A stretch of DNA of 64,000 nt from positions 13,517,834-13,581,833 of the forward strand of contig CM082579.2 of NCBI GenBank assembly GCA_040954595.2, written 5' to 3'. Every line of letters starts with the position of its first letter. Position 1 is the first letter of the stretch. Shown one piece after another: positions 1 to 13,591 of this stretch. A model generated the notes under the pieces. That model was not told the origin of the DNA. It worked only from the letters and a program-made list of their open reading frames with translations, and did no database searches. The translations under genes and the position numbers were made by a program. The stretch comes from Balanoglossus misakiensis. Lineage: Eukaryota; Animalia; Hemichordata.

Positions 1-572
1 TGTTTTTTGACAAATGTTTGCATTTTAATGAATAACTGAAATGAAACTTTCCATATTAGTATGTAATAGCATGTAAAAAACAACAAAAACAAACAAACTA
101 ACAAACAAACAAACAAATAAACATACACAACAAGGATTTAGTTTAGACTGTACATGCTCGCTGGTAACATCGTGACCAACCGCTCCGTTAAAAAACACCA
201 GAACAAAGAACGTATGAACGTTTAGGTCCACAATTCACAAGTTATTGAACTATGAATGTATGTTCAATGCTGTGAAAAGCCAAAAACATACTTTTTGCCC
301 AAAAAAATGACATTTGTTAACGTACAAGTTGTTCATTAATAGCGAAAGCACCGTATGGCCACACTCACATTATGCCAGCACCGTATATTCATGCTTGGTT
401 ATAAGACGTTGAATGCACACTGATGGCCCGACGTCCTCATTGTTTTTTTGAAACCCGGTCTCTAACAACAATTTCTCTTCATAAGTAAAGAGTGATGTGT
501 ATTTTTATTACGGTTTTATATATGATACTGTGTGCAAAGTGAAGATTGTGTGTCAGTGAGGCAACATATATA

Positions 573-1403
573 CAGGGTTTTACATGACGCGCATTTCTGC
601 GTCCTTTACGCACAAAACTGGGCGTGGGACCCGTCAAAAACTAAACCATGCGTCCCTTGGGACGCATGAAATATGTCTATTGTTGAGACCCTTGTTGCAC
701 GTTTCCTGATATCTAATGGGTGTACGCGTACACAGAGAGTCAATTAAACAGTTAATGACCTTATGACCTGTAATCGATACTGATAACAGTTTCATAGCAA
801 ACTTGTAGCAAACTTGGTTTATTAATGAATTTGATACAGTTTACATACACGCAGTCACCCTCTTGGGAATTATAAGTTACACTACGATATCACGCCTATA
901 TCGCACTTTGCTGTGTGCAAGCAGTGAACTACCAAGACTCCTATTGCTCTGAAACCAACTCCGTCCATGAGTACCAGCAGTCTTAGTTTTGTTGAAAACC
1001 CTGAACTTAAACTTTAAATATAGATTCAGCTGCAAATTTCTCGAATAAGACTTTAAGAAGACCAAGTTGAGAGTACATGTACTGGTATTCTCCATATTAT
1101 ATGCTTTAGGTCAAAGGGTCACTCATAAGGTGATGTTCAAGATGGGACCCCTAGCCATACTACAGTTGATCTTGGAATTACTCCCTATATCTTGTAGACA
1201 ATATCATTTTATGATTTGGATTGGTATTGATTCTTACAACCGTTGCCCATTCACAGAAGGATTTTCTAATTTCCAGCATTGATAAAATGATAAAATATTC
1301 TGGTGAAATAAATTGGGACCCCCATGGTTTGATGTAGGACCCCCATTTTTCAACACTAGGAGTCCCAGGGACTCCCAAAAGTAAAAAGCGATGTAAAACC
1401 CTG
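573..1403. mobile_element. Non-autonomous TIR element (hAT-like MITE), ~830 bp
   Basis: Perfect 13-bp TIR CAGGGTTTTACAT (573) / ATGTAAAACCCTG (ends 1403). Flanking 8-mers catatata / tatataca match 6/8, a possible TSD. Subterminal GGGAC/GTCCC motifs are repeated at both ends. No ORF. Confidence 0.7.
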
Positions 1404-1429
1404 TATATACATGTATATTTAATCCACTT

Positions 1430-3616
1430 GGGTGTCGTACTTGGCTCAGATGTGTGTTAATGTGTACTAAACAAATTCAGAGAGCGAGCCGCCAATACAG
1501 ATAATCTCACCCACAAAATACCAATTATAAAAAAACAAAATAAATTCATATTACAATATTTGAAACAAGAAACTGCTCAAAGAGTAATTTTCAAAATATT
1601 TATCATCACTAAACTAGTTATAGGGGTAAATACAGGATCGAGATTCAGTCGCTAAAGAAATTCAAGTTTGGTAATAACACCGGTTACAACAAACTTAGTT
1701 AAAACATTGTATAGCCATAGATATATTATAATAGTGGCCTGGCATAAACAAAATTTTCATAACATTTGGGCATTTTGTGATAAAAGTTTAACAAGTAAAG
1801 CTCAGTTGATTCGTTCTTTTCCCCATAAAAATATCTTTGATGAACAAAATTCCAAATTTAGTCAACCCAGGAAAAACGGCATCTTGTTTCTCAACCTTAT
1901 AAATTGATCTGACCAGTTTGAATCAGTGCAGAATCTAGCTTTTCTATTTTATCTTCATCAAATGATTCATGCAAATAAAGAATCACTTCCCCATAAAATG
2001 GTGGCAGAAATCCAGTATCATGACAGTCGATTGGTTTGTTAAAGTTACTATAGAAACTAACTATGTCTAGGTTGCATGTACATAGATAGATGTTAGGAAT
2101 CCAAATCAAAATCTGTTTCAAACTTTTCATCCAATACTTGTCCTTCAGAAAGCGTTTTGATGAAGTCGCTTGAAGTGCTTTGTATTGCTCAAGTTATCGA
2201 AAATTTTAATCGCACCTTGATGATAGTCAGCAGTTCTATTTTGACATGTTATTTTGTGTATTTTTGAACCCCCAAAATCAAAGAATAAAATGATAAAGTG
2301 AAAATAAGCTTCAAAACACCAAAAGTCTTCAGGATCACAGCTTTTCTGTAAAGAGTAAGATTTCGCTTACTTCATGCTATTAAATGAAATGAAGTTTTCC
2401 GTAATATCTCTTGCAAAGTCAGATTACACATTGAGTTATTAGAATGCAAGTACATTCCAAGTGACTTGTTGGGAGCATTGGGCCACCTAATCCCAGAAAA
2501 TTGCAATAAGACCTGTTTTTCCATTTACCAATCTAAAGGCCAACTGCTTGTATATTTAGTTGGGTTTCTATAATTAACACACATTTTTGACAATATTTAT
2601 GGCATGATGGACACTATTCTCGACAAATAAAATAATGTTGTGTCCTCCGCTGTAATTTTTATGAGTTTGGAATCATAGACACCATTTATTTTTTGGTCAA
2701 CTCTGTTAACAGTCGACAAAATTGCTGGAGTGGAACTGATACATGATCTAAAGTATCAAGACATATGGTCGATTATTAGCGTTTCAGCAATTCGACTTAA
2801 GTTTCTTAAATTTCCTATGGCATTTTGACAAACATCAACGCCCCGAAAAAACGTTGTCAACGCTGCGGTCGCGATTGTGGTCGAAACAAAGCCGACATTT
2901 TCGCATGGTTCGTTACCTGGGGTCCATTTAGATTGCATTGCGTTTGAGGCCCTATGTGTACGTATGTCTGTCGACCAATACACGTGACGACCGCAGACTC
3001 AGTTTGGATCAACGTCTATTTCGGGCAGTAGACTCTCCTATCAAGTTGATAAGGAAATTTTACCAGTCACGAGTAAGCCAAGCCCACATCCGTGTGCAAA
3101 TCTGATATATCGGTGATCTGTTTATATGATTATCATTAGCTAAGGTGGTAAACTGTTGTGATTCATATGTGTAATTTACGTACTGCAAGTTAAATATCGC
3201 AATTAGCCTAATGTTTGACCATAGACAGTATGCTTTGATTTCTAGAAGAGCACCTATTAATCCGAGAACAAAGGGATTAAAAGTTACGCCATTAAATTGT
3301 GTTTTAATAACTTACTTACCCTATAAGTAGTTTAGTAACCATAATATCTTTGAAAATCATTCTTTCCACAGTTCCTTGTATCAAATATAGAAATCTAAAT
3401 TTATTTTGGTGTTCACAGATGTTATTTGGTGGGTGAAATTATCTGTATTGGTGGCCATTTTGAAAAATTGGTTGCCATGGAAACTCATCAACAGATATTT
3501 AGTGGCTCGCTATCTGAATTTGTTTAGTACACATTAACACACATCTGAGCCAAGTTTGGTGCTTTTATCACAAAATGCACAATCGCTATGAAAATTAGGG
3601 TTTGGCCGCTCCACTA
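1430..3616. mobile_element. Decayed DNA transposon with long imperfect TIRs, Academ-like
   Basis: 1440-1630 is an imperfect inverted copy of 3310-3555 (e.g. ttggctcagatgtgtgttaatgtgtactaaacaaattcaga vs tctgaatttgtttagtacacattaacacacatctgagccaa). The right end ...GGCCGCTCCACTA reads 5'-TAGTGG on the minus strand, and long TIRs starting TAG are typical of Academ. The left end is truncated. A CpG-richer interior at 2760-3100 has a frameshifted Cys-containing reading on the minus strand. Confidence 0.55.
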
Positions 3617-4152
3617 CAGGGCTTTAGACGGCCATATTGAATTGCCACATCGAGGCTCTTATCTCAAAATGAACTTCACACTTGAAGTATTGTTTTGAAC
3701 AAGGTTTAAGTCCTTTATTAAAATAAAGAAAAGGTAATTTTTTCCAATGGTTGTGAGTTTTCAGTACATGTACTGTTACACCTAGCTTTATTATTATTTG
3801 GTAGCCAAAAATCAACGAATTATTCATACAATATGCAAATTTGTGCATAATTATTGTTTTATTATTGCTATTTTGTGTTTATACAACCAAACAAGTTGTT
3901 GATGTAAACATGTAGTTTATTTTCATTGTTTAAGGAGGTACGTGAACATTTCTTTGATGCTATTCATGTGAGAATTGCGATCCTTGGCGGCCATATTTGA
4001 TTTGCCAAAACGAGGCTCTTATCTCAAAAAGATCTTTTGGGAACAGGCATTTTCGAAATCAGCGTAGTCGAATTGACCAAAAAACATATTTGGTTTGCTT
4101 GTACCAAAAAATGCCAGAGGGGGTCACAATTTCTCAAATCTCCACCTGACTA
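3617..4152. mobile_element. Second Academ-type terminal fragment
   Basis: Internal direct repeat (cggccatatt..gccac/aaaacgaggctcttatctcaaaa at ~3628 and ~3989) and end ...ccacctgacta (5'-TAGTCAGGTGG on minus), the same end style as the neighbouring element. Confidence 0.35.
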
Positions 4153-4497
4153 TGAAGGGTTCCTCTTGTGACGTCACGTCACATGACCAAAATGCAGCAA
4201 ATCTGAACTCAGATTTTCAGGACAGGGTGGATTTTGAAGTATTTTATGAGAACAAAACAAATATTATAGAAATCGATACCCGAAAAATATTGTCACTTTT
4301 GGTAAATATTAGATTTCTTTCAATCATTTTTTAACCTTCTGATAAGATTTAAAAAGGCAAGATATGCTCTTTAAGCTTTCACCTGTTTTCCAATTTTATT
4401 ATTTTCAGTAGAAAATGCACTAAGATGTATGTGTATTACGTTTGTCAGGATATAAATAATAATAAAATTAAAAATAATAAACTATCTTTGATTTCAG

Positions 4498-4605
4498 ATG
4501 TCAATAAGAGAGCAGATCTTTGTGAAGGCCAGTGTGTGAATACAGCAGGCTCTTTTTATTGCACTTGTTCTGTGGGATATTGATTGGTCAATGGAGAGTG
4601 TACAG
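4498..4605 (+). pseudogene. Disabled calcium-binding EGF-like domain exon (phase 1-1)
   Basis: Acceptor tttcag| and donor |gtaag bound 108 nt reading DVNKRADLCEGQCVNTAGSFYCTCSVGY*LVNGECT, which matches the cbEGF consensus D-x-N-E-C...C-x-N-T-x-G-S-F-x-C-x-C-x-x-G-Y. The first Cys is missing and there is an in-frame TGA at 4581-4583. Confidence 0.85.
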
Positions 4606-5009
4606 GTAAGACCAGCACAATATGTGGACAACGAAAGGTCCAGTATCTGTAACTTTTGAATTTTTATTCAGTATTTTTCTGGTTATCAACCATCATTTCT
4701 TGTTCAGCTCGATGAAGCAGGGTAAGCAATGTTGTTATGTTTAAACATTGTATTCAAGCCTGGGTCTGGACTTGGATGCAATTTGTCAATAATAACAGTG
4801 ATTGGTAACTGCATGTTTACATAACTGGCTAACTGTTAAAGAGACCAGCTGTTCTATTTGGTGTGTGTACAGTACACATGCCATTGGCAGCTTATGGGTC
4901 AGCCAATGTTTGCCTGTTGATCTCTTGATGTGTGTGTGTGTGTGTGTCTGTCTGTATATGTACTCTGGTGTAGACTTTTTTCTTGTATTATCCGTGAATG
5001 GGACCACCG

Positions 5010-5460
5010 TGTACTTAACGCAATTTCTTACACTCATCAGGGATATTTTGGCTTGTCTAACACGAGCTAAAAATATCCCCAACTCGTCTGAGAAATCTTT
5101 TACCAGGTCCTAAGGTTTTGAGACTAATAGAATCTCACACTCCCAAGGACTTGGGATCATATTTCTCACATGTGTTGAGGATTTTCTGTCCCAAACAAGC
5201 TGCAGGCGAGTGTGGGACAAAATATCCCTGACGAGTGTGAGAAATATGATCCCAGGTCCTTGGTGTGTGAGATTATATTTCTCACACGGCCACAAATTAG
5301 CCAAATTCGTTTAAAAACATTAAATAAATGACTCTTGAACTGTCATCTGGCACGTTGTAGTTTCTGTATCATAGGATAACATTTAGCTTTGTCATCCAAT
5401 CTGAATCAGCGCTCGTGTCATATACAGCTTTCGATTCAGTGAGAATGTGTGATTGATTTG
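5010..5460. mobile_element. Palindromic non-autonomous element (nested inverted repeats)
   Basis: Long imperfect hairpin: aatctcacactcccaaggacttgggatcatatttctcaca (~5130-5170) pairs with tgtgagaaatatgatcccaggtccttggtgtgtgagatt (~5236-5275). tttcttacactcatcagggatatttt (~5024) is also inverted against aaaatatccctgacgagtgtgagaaa (~5219). Confidence 0.6.
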
Positions 5461-5494
5461 TTGTTCATTGTTCAGGTGCACAACAGTGCACGTT

Positions 5495-6620
5495 AATTGA
5501 TTGTCAAGGCCTCCAGCCCATAGGTAAGAGGGCATAAAGGTAATCAGAAAATTGTACGAAAATGAAATAAATAATACATGTACTCAAATAATATAAATGA
5601 CAACATCAAGCAGCACTTGTGTGGAAGTACGTACTCGGGATACAAAGTGAGGAACTTAGCAGATTAAGTTTTTTAACACATTTTCTCTAAGTTTAAAGGC
5701 ATTGTAAACATAAATACTTGAGGATTCTGATGCGCTCATGATATTAACAAACATTTGAATGTGGGGAATTTTAGTGTAACCAATATATTGTTTTCTAAGA
5801 CTGTCATATAAGGGGCAAACAAGTAAAAAGTGATACTCGTCTTCTATTTGTTCACCAGAGCATAGCCTACAGTGTCTCTCTGAAACGTCCACGTTCTGAT
5901 CTCTTCCCTCCTCTATTGCAAGAGGAAGGGCAGAACAGCGAAAACATGCAAAAATGTCTTTGACATTACGTGTACAGTTGACATTAACTACTTTTCAGGC
6001 TGTAACAATGATTTAAAATGTGTGTATGTACGGAGTTTGGTTTTGGACGGACAGTGTGATTTCCATTGTTGCTTCAAAATATCTGAAATTCTTGTCTCAA
6101 ATGCTGAAAGGAACAAACGCTTATCGCCTCTTTCCTGAGAAATCCAGGCGAAAATAAAATGTGTTTCACCGATGTTGCCCAAGTGTGACGGCCTAAACAG
6201 TCAAGATTACGTATGTAGCATTAAATATGCTTGCCTAGGGAGTCTTTCCTGTGGCATCTCTATAAGTTTCACCCAGTAACGAATACAACGTTTCATTGTG
6301 TGAACATACACTGGCAACCGCCCACATTCTCCAATTACAGCTTCATTGGTAGTGCTCCTTGGCACACCTAGAAAAATTCTGCACCATGTTCTTTGCACTT
6401 TTTCTATGATGTCATAAAACTCAAGTCTCCGATCCATAACAAAGAATGGGTAAGATCATGGCATCAAACACCTTGAAGTGACATTCAAATGGCATATACC
6501 CTAGTTTCCACCTGGCAACTGAGAGTAGAGACAACACCTTGCTGGCTTGATTAGCCAATGTTTGCACTGCTCTGGACCAGGTGTTGCGATTAAACAAAAG
6601 TGAACCTAGGAGTTTGAACA
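5495..6620 (-). mobile_element. 5'-truncated, frameshifted non-LTR retrotransposon (ORF2 C-terminus; RTE-X/CR1-group-like)
   Basis: Four consecutive minus-strand ORF fragments give post-RT motifs: FKVFDAMILPILCYGSE, IEKVQRTWCRIFLGVPRSTTNEAVIGECGRLP, IRYWVKL, KLRTYTHFK, and the C-terminal CCHC finger RHCRLC..IEDEYHFLLVCPLYDSLR. The 3' UTR ends near atgggctggaggccttgacaatcaattaa. Clade assignment is from motif recall only. Confidence 0.88.
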
Positions 6621-9069
6621 ATGTCCTTGTAATAGACAGGTTTTGGTTGAGACAGGTTTTACTGTATTTTGATACATGCTCTGGCTTAACCATTTCACCA
6701 CCATGGTACAGTCCAAACCCGTTGTTTTCCATGGTAAGGTTGGACCTCTAAAAAGGGAACTGGGAGGTTCTTTCTGGGAATCTCTTTATTTCTTCTGTCA
6801 CAAAAATTGCATGGGAGTTCTAATTCTAAAAGGAGCACTGATTTGATAAAATATCTCAAAGTCAAGTTTTGGATGTGGCTCCAGTTCAAGTATTGTAGGT
6901 GACTAGTTTTCCGGAGTTCAAGTCTGTATACTTGCAGTAGAGTTGGTCACATGGACTTGGGTAATCTGAGTGTGGTCAGAAATTGAACTTACACACACAC
7001 ATTGATTGAGTTAAGAACATGTCTGGTGTATTACTGTAATATGACTAGATACTGCAAATGCATACACAATAAGCGTATGTTAAAATACACAGTTTTCATT
7101 GATATATCTGATTCATGAAATTAAATACACATGTTCATTAAAACCCACTATGATAGAGCACCCCCACTGTTCAGAATGTCAGTTTTGAAGTCCTATATCT
7201 ATGACGTCATGCCTAGCTGTCAATGTTAACTGATGTGTACTTGTACTACTTGTAAATGGAAGTACTTTAAAGTAAAGCTCAGATGTAAGGGTTTTGTAAA
7301 ATAAATATAATATTAAAACATTGCAATCATTTTAGTCCTTCGGAACAGCGGTTCAATTGACTAATGTGATCACTCTGTGTGCGGCATATGGCATATTAAG
7401 CATTTAGTATTTTTCAATCAGAAGCCATTAATCCTGTGATTAATTCTGCTTCTTGCAACACTGATTTTAAATCACCACACATGAATATTTTTATCCAAAG
7501 GACTGTGGTGCCCAAGTTTTTATGATAAGATAAACAAACAGTGAAATTCACTGAAGAAGTGAGTGAGCACTTGGCCTATCATTGTTCAATGAAATGTGAC
7601 CACCAATTCATTGACGCCTTGAGCATAGCAACAACAACCTGTGTATTGACGATACTGCCTGTAGCCTTTCAGTTGATGTTGCTTGATGTACATATATGAC
7701 TGGAGTCGATCATTTGTGTTTTTTGTTGCATTGTTATTTTTAACAGCGTATTAAGCAATTTTTGTTTGAGTTCATCATTCAGTGATGGTAGCTGACTAAA
7801 ATCAGTGATTGTCGTCAGGTTATGTATTTCAATTTTCAGGATGACTGCTTTTGTAATAAATTCACAAGTTCTGTGACCGTCACAATAGTGTTCTGAATTA
7901 TTGGTTTGTTTTCCTGTAGTGTGCATTTACATGTTCCCAGATAGGAAGTTTTAATGGGTATTAGTGTCAACATCCACAAGTGACTTGAGGCCAGTGAACT
8001 TGCAGTTGTGTGTAGTTTGGATATTAGCTTGTGGTGATATTAACATGGCGAATATCAAAATAGTACAAACAAATGTTTAAAACAGGACATATCCATAGCT
8101 TTCCCTTTCATAATTGGACTGTATTGTTATTGAAGTACAAAGACTTTCCAGCAACATGACATGGCTGGATTTTTTTGTAGGAAACAAGTCCGGCTGCTAT
8201 TTGCTGTCTTTGTATTACACTACTAGTAACATCTCCATTTCTAGCTTTGCACCTCACATTCAATGAATAGACCTGTGGATGTTTTGACACTTCTCGTCAA
8301 TGAATGTGTATGGCTGCAGTTTATCAAATGATACACAAATCAAAGGAACAAACAGTGACTTTTATTTCTTTTGAGAACCTTGCATTCTTATATTTAAATG
8401 CTCACTCACTGGCCCCAATTGCAAAATAGCAACATTTAATACATGCGATATTCAATGCATTTACAGTATTCAAAAATGTTTGAAATTGAATATTGTGCCA
8501 AAGAGTGGTGTTGTCAGTCCAAATATCAAAGCATTGAATGATTGTTCACAGTTTCCTGTATGGTTTGGCCCACCTCTTGTGAAAAGATGACTTGTGATAT
8601 AGTGTTGTACATTGAAAAGAAATATATATACATGTATTTTAAATAATTCATATTTTCAATCTAGAAGTGGGAGCTGCTTCCTCAAGATATAATTGACTGT
8701 CAGAATGAAAGGCAAGCGATTCACACAAGTTAACTCCAACACAACAACTCTTCAATTAAATAATTGACATCAGATAACCACAAAGGCATTATTCAAATAA
8801 ATTGTATAAATGCAGTTACAAGATTTGATGTCTGAAATTTACTGATATGTGTAGATTTTGTCAGCATTTCCCTTTCTGGGTTACTTTGCGATTAGTTGTT
8901 TTGCGTAGTAGAATGGAACAGTGCCCGGTCCGGATTGGTCACATTAATGTTCAGAGAGAAAGTTAATTTGGCAACTGCTCATTGTATGAAAGGTCATAGG
9001 GTTAAGATGTCTTATGTCAAAGTCACTTATGAATCCCTTAAAGATAAATGTAACCTATCTTATTGACAG

Positions 9070-9120
9070 ATAAGCCAGCAACAACAGAGAAATGTTATAC
9101 ACCCAAATGCTATCAACGAG
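9070..9120 (+). other. Candidate 51-nt internal exon
   Basis: ttgacag| ... GAG|gtgagc. Open in phase 0 (ISQQQQRNVIHPNAINE) and in phase 1. May belong with the Gln-rich exon at 12308. Confidence 0.4.
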
Positions 9121-11242
9121 GTGAGCTTCTGTCTATCTAGGAAATGGTGCCACACTGCTACTGATAAGGACAAAAAAAGAGTTTTGTTTAGCGCGTAGGA
9201 AAATGTCAAAAATTTTAGTTATGGTAAACAACCAACACGCAAACATTTATTTTCTTTTCAATTGTTTGATAAAATTATTATAACTATCCCAAAATTTGCA
9301 GCTTGTGTGCCTTTAAAATTCAAATTCCTGTCCAAAGGGTGTCTACCCCTGCTGGTCAACTGTTATATAGGCAATTTACACAAACACGTACCAGTATAGA
9401 TTCGACCACAGTCCTGTTGGCAAACATGCTCCAATGGTCTTTGCAGACAACCATCATAAATGCATGAAACGCAGCACGCTCATTCAGTCCGATAATAGGT
9501 GCTAACATTTTTCCTAGTGACCAAATTTTCTCAGTTTGAATCGACTGTTGATTTTGTGGAAACATTAACATGGCCAGTTTTGTCCAGTGGCTGTGATTGA
9601 AACCATCTCCAATACCAGAAAAATGCTGATCCAAAACAAACGTTAAGCACAAATTGTCATTTTGACTCGTATACTCAGAGTTTCGGAAACTTGATCAAGT
9701 AATATGACTTCAGAGAGGGGGGGGGGGAGCAGTATCCCCTTCCATTTATTGGCTGTTTAAACAGATGTGTCAGTTATGTTGAAGCATTCTTCTTGCTTTA
9801 TGCAGATGCAATTTGCGCCCCCATCCTCTACATACTGTAATCAGTCTCAGTGTTTGCCTGCTCGAGATTGTCAGTTTTTCATTAAAAGGAAATATTCATT
9901 TAAATTAAGCTTTAAATAATCTTATATATGATATTAATTATGTCTATTAAATGACATTTCATAATATATCAAGATCAACACTTATGTATGACAAAACAGG
10001 CCAAAAATGAAAGAAAATCTAAAATTCCTGTATTTTTTAAAAAGTGCAATTTTGCAATGAAAAATGAAAATCTAATGTTTCAGCGGTGTACATTTACTTG
10101 CATGAGTTCTAGTGGAGGAGATCATGTTTTGTTTATGAAGTTCAATAGTCAGAAATGCAACGTTTTCATTGTTTCTTGCATTTCCCACGGTGGCAGCCAT
10201 ATTCCTTTATGGCAAAGCTTTATTATTTATCTGGTTAAAACTTGCAAATGCACTCATATTTAGGGTTAAAAATACTTGTATACAGTTCAGTGCCTACATC
10301 TGCATGGACTAATACTAGTAAAGTTTGAAAAAAAATGATAATTATCCCTAAAGTTTCAACTTATATGCCTGTAAGCGACATACCTTGTATGTGCATGAAT
10401 TTGTCGTCAACCGGAAACGGATTACTTGTATGAAAATGTTTGGAGTTCTCGCAGCGATTTTAAATTCACCACTATTTTCTTGTGCTGGCCATCTGAAAGG
10501 CAGCATGGTTGTCAAAGGATAAATCTTTTATGTCAACCGAGCAACATATTTAATATCATGAAGTGTACACAACATTTGCACTGCTGGAACTATCATGACC
10601 ACAATACTTGTTTACAATACTTGTTTACCATTGAGGTCAACTGGACCCCTATAAAAACGGTAGAACCGTTTTAATCCAGCTGACTTTCAAATTGCAAAGT
10701 ACCGTCACAATCAAATTTGATAAGCCTATTTATATGCATTAATTCAAGTTTAAAGGAAAACTCATGAAAAAATGTGCGTTTTGTGTTTACCCCACTGTGT
10801 TCACTGATCAGGTTTGCAAAATACATTCAACCTTATGTAGTATGGTAATCAAACACTTAAAATGTGATGTCATATAACAAAGGCGTGTTGAAATACCCTG
10901 AAAGAAATAAAGTGTCTGTTTTACTTCTTACAATATACCATGCCAACAATTCTGCTGATGCAAAATTCAGTTGATGCAACACTTACAGATGTATGCACAG
11001 AACATAAAATCAGTATGGGAACCCTCCATTAAAACTTTTGCACTTTGTACCTGACTTGGCTATTGTCAAGTCGTGTCACTTAATATGTAATATTACCTGT
11101 AATCTGTTTGGTTTTGTTATTATTTTGTTATTTCATGCGTCCTTGAGCTTGGTGGGTGACACACTTTACACACCTGCTTGTTGCATGCATGGCACTATTT
11201 TTTGACTAAAAATGTTCCTTCCAGGCCATTAAATTACCTATA

Positions 11243-11417
11243 CAGTAAAACTCCAATTATCCATATCCAATTATCCGAACTGTTTGGTTATCCAAACTGC
11301 TGTCATGTCCCCCAAACAGTTCTTTTGTATAGGATCGCTATCCGAATAACCGAACTGTCTGCATATCCGAACAAAATCAATGTCCCCCTGTCAATTCGGA
11401 TAATTGGAGTTTTACTG
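11243..11417. mobile_element. Tc1/mariner-type MITE, 175 bp
   Basis: TIR CAGTAAAACTCCAATTATCC / GGATAATTGGAGTTTTACTG with TA on both sides; internal TATCCGAA repeats. Confidence 0.88.
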
Positions 11418-11574
11418 TATTGGGATATATCTTCATTTTGGCAATTTGTACGATGGGTAAACACTATTTGACGGGCGGAGAAGGCCTGCTTATTGATATG
11501 TATTCTATTGCAACCAATCAGTACACATAGTTAGAGACTGCTCAGCACTCCAGATCTTATATCGAGAGCGGCCA

Positions 11575-12066
11575 CTGTTTCGCGAGTATAAATTTTCGCG
11601 TTCTCTTATTTCATTCACTGCATCGTTATCTTCAAAAAAAATTACGTGACACTTTATTTTTACACTATTTTGGCACTTGCGTATTTGGCGAAAATGTATT
11701 GCTCGCGAAAAATTAAAGCCGCTTGCACACGTGCCATTGTTAGGGCGCCCTTTTTGGGATTATAAAATTTGGTAAACATTTCTTATCAGTGACTCAAATA
11801 CTTTTGCATGCACATGTGTATAAAAGGGACAGGGTCATCGCCCTCTACGCGCGTCCACAGCAGCGTGACTAAAGGTCACAATGTTCACACGTGATTTGAG
11901 TCGCTGTTTAGTGCAGCGCCCCGACCCAGGTCCCACCCCTCAACACCGTCCCCAAAAAAGCCGCTCTCACCTTTTCACACGTGGCACTTACAAATTAACG
12001 CCGCCCTAGGGCCACTGCTGGGGCGGCGTTGATGGCACGTGTGAAAGGCACTAAAGTGTTTTACAG
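11575..12066. mobile_element. Decayed CTGTAAAA/GCGAAAA-type MITE interrupted by a nested element
   Basis: Repeated tttcgcg / gcgaaaa motifs at 11578-11715 and a terminal tgttttacag+TA at 12057-12068. Same family style as 13592-13799. Confidence 0.55.
11717..12052. mobile_element. PIF/Harbinger-like MITE nested in another MITE
   Basis: Imperfect 20-bp TIR agccgcttgcacacgtgcca / tggcacgtgtgaaaggcact. Flanks taa/aaa fit a TWA-like target. GC-rich interior. Confidence 0.65.
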
Positions 12067-12307
12067 TATGTACTTTTTAATCCCTTCAAATATTTGAATA
12101 TGATTAATTCCATGATAAGTGGGACAAGAAACCACAGTTGATACCCCAAAAAAATATTGAGAAAATAACCCGAAGTTGGAGTTACTGAGCTTTAAATTGA
12201 TTTCAATAATCTCCCAAGTGAAAATTGGCTGAAGCTCCTGTAGTCAGTTACCTGTTGGTAGATTGACACATGACAATGATTGACTGTTTACACTTTTGAT
12301 CTTTTAG

Positions 12308-12526
12308 AGGAATATTCAAGCACTGCAGGAGAATCTAGAGATAGCACAGAAAATAAGAACTTGAATTGAAGAATCAGCAAGATCAACATGCACGACAAAA
12401 TCAACTCATAACACAAAGACAACAACAAAAGCAATTACAAAGATAGCCCAACAACAACAACAAGCAGTGCAAGCACAGCCATCCAATATACAATCAACAA
12501 ATCAACAACTAAGACACCACTTTCAA
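12308..12526 (+). pseudogene. Frameshifted Gln-rich coiled-coil exon
   Basis: cttttag| ... CAA|gtaagt. Reads RNIQALQENLEIAQK / ELELKNQQDQHARQNQLITQRQQQKQLQ / IAQQQQQAVQAQPSNIQSTNQQLRHHFQ across two frame changes, with stops in each single frame. Confidence 0.55.
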
Positions 12527-13015
12527 GTAAGTTGTCACAATAATGTGAACAGTGAATATTTTGAAAACCAAGACTGATACCCGTGTCACTCCTGGGAATT
12601 GTTATGTGGGGAAAAATAAAATCATTTTTCTCAAAAAAGGAGCTTTCTTGATGTTACAAATAACATGTTCTGTGCCATTCCCGAAATTATCTTAATGTAT
12701 TTGGGACCTGACAGTCACACAGAATAAATTCAAAGCACTATTTGCCCAAAGCAGACCTAAATTACAGACAGAGGAATACAACAAATCTTGTCTCATTCTT
12801 ATTTTCAATTCTTCTAGTTTTTCCATGGTATCAGTGTGGAAGCACTGATGATAACCTCCGTCAAACAGTTTTAAATGCAGACAATCGTCTTACTCTTATG
12901 CACATATGTGTAATTTTGTGTGTACAAAATAAGATCAAATCCAAATATCTGCAAATTTTATGTGCATGCATTCAAATAGTGGACTGCCTTCACTTCCTTT
13001 CATATTTCTTGCCCA

Positions 13016-13018
<3 letters not shown>

Positions 13019-13058
<40 letters not shown>
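13019..13058. repeat. (TA)n microsatellite
   Basis: About 20 uninterrupted TA units. Confidence 0.95.
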
Positions 13059-13061
<3 letters not shown>

Positions 13062-13591
13062 AAGACTTTCATTTTGTCTCTTCTTTTCACTCAATTTGCT
13101 GTTTTTTTTTCCTAATTTACGACACAGAGTATGGTTGCCGCCATCTTGTCTGTTGTATAGACAGAATTGTGTCATTGATAAAGTTTTTGTAACCAGAATC
13201 TCTGCTTTGGCACATGCGCATTAGACGATCATAACCCTTTAACAAAAGTCTGCTTAGAATTTAAATCACATTGTTTTCAAAATGTCTGCATCTGATTACA
13301 TGGTGAATTAAAGCTGAAAGCAGTGTTCACTGGGCCCAAGCGATTCCCAGGGTTCCCAGATCAAATAACACAGAATGGTTATTCCAGTGTAGTAACAGAA
13401 TAGACTTGTTCTGTACTAATTCTTGCATTAGCTTTACTTTGTTTCCATCGTAATACCTTATTTCAATATGACCATATTTGTATGCGAGACAGATGTAACT
13501 GGTTGTCAGTGTCTATCGTAATACAAAGTCTGCCATACACAAAGCAACTATGCATTGTCTTCTGGTGTGAAAAAAAGATACTTAGGATGTA

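Noticed and set aside
4581-4583. Selenocysteine TGA in the EGF exon
   Set aside because: The TGA is not at a conserved Cys position and the exon has also lost its first Cys, so decay is the simpler explanation.
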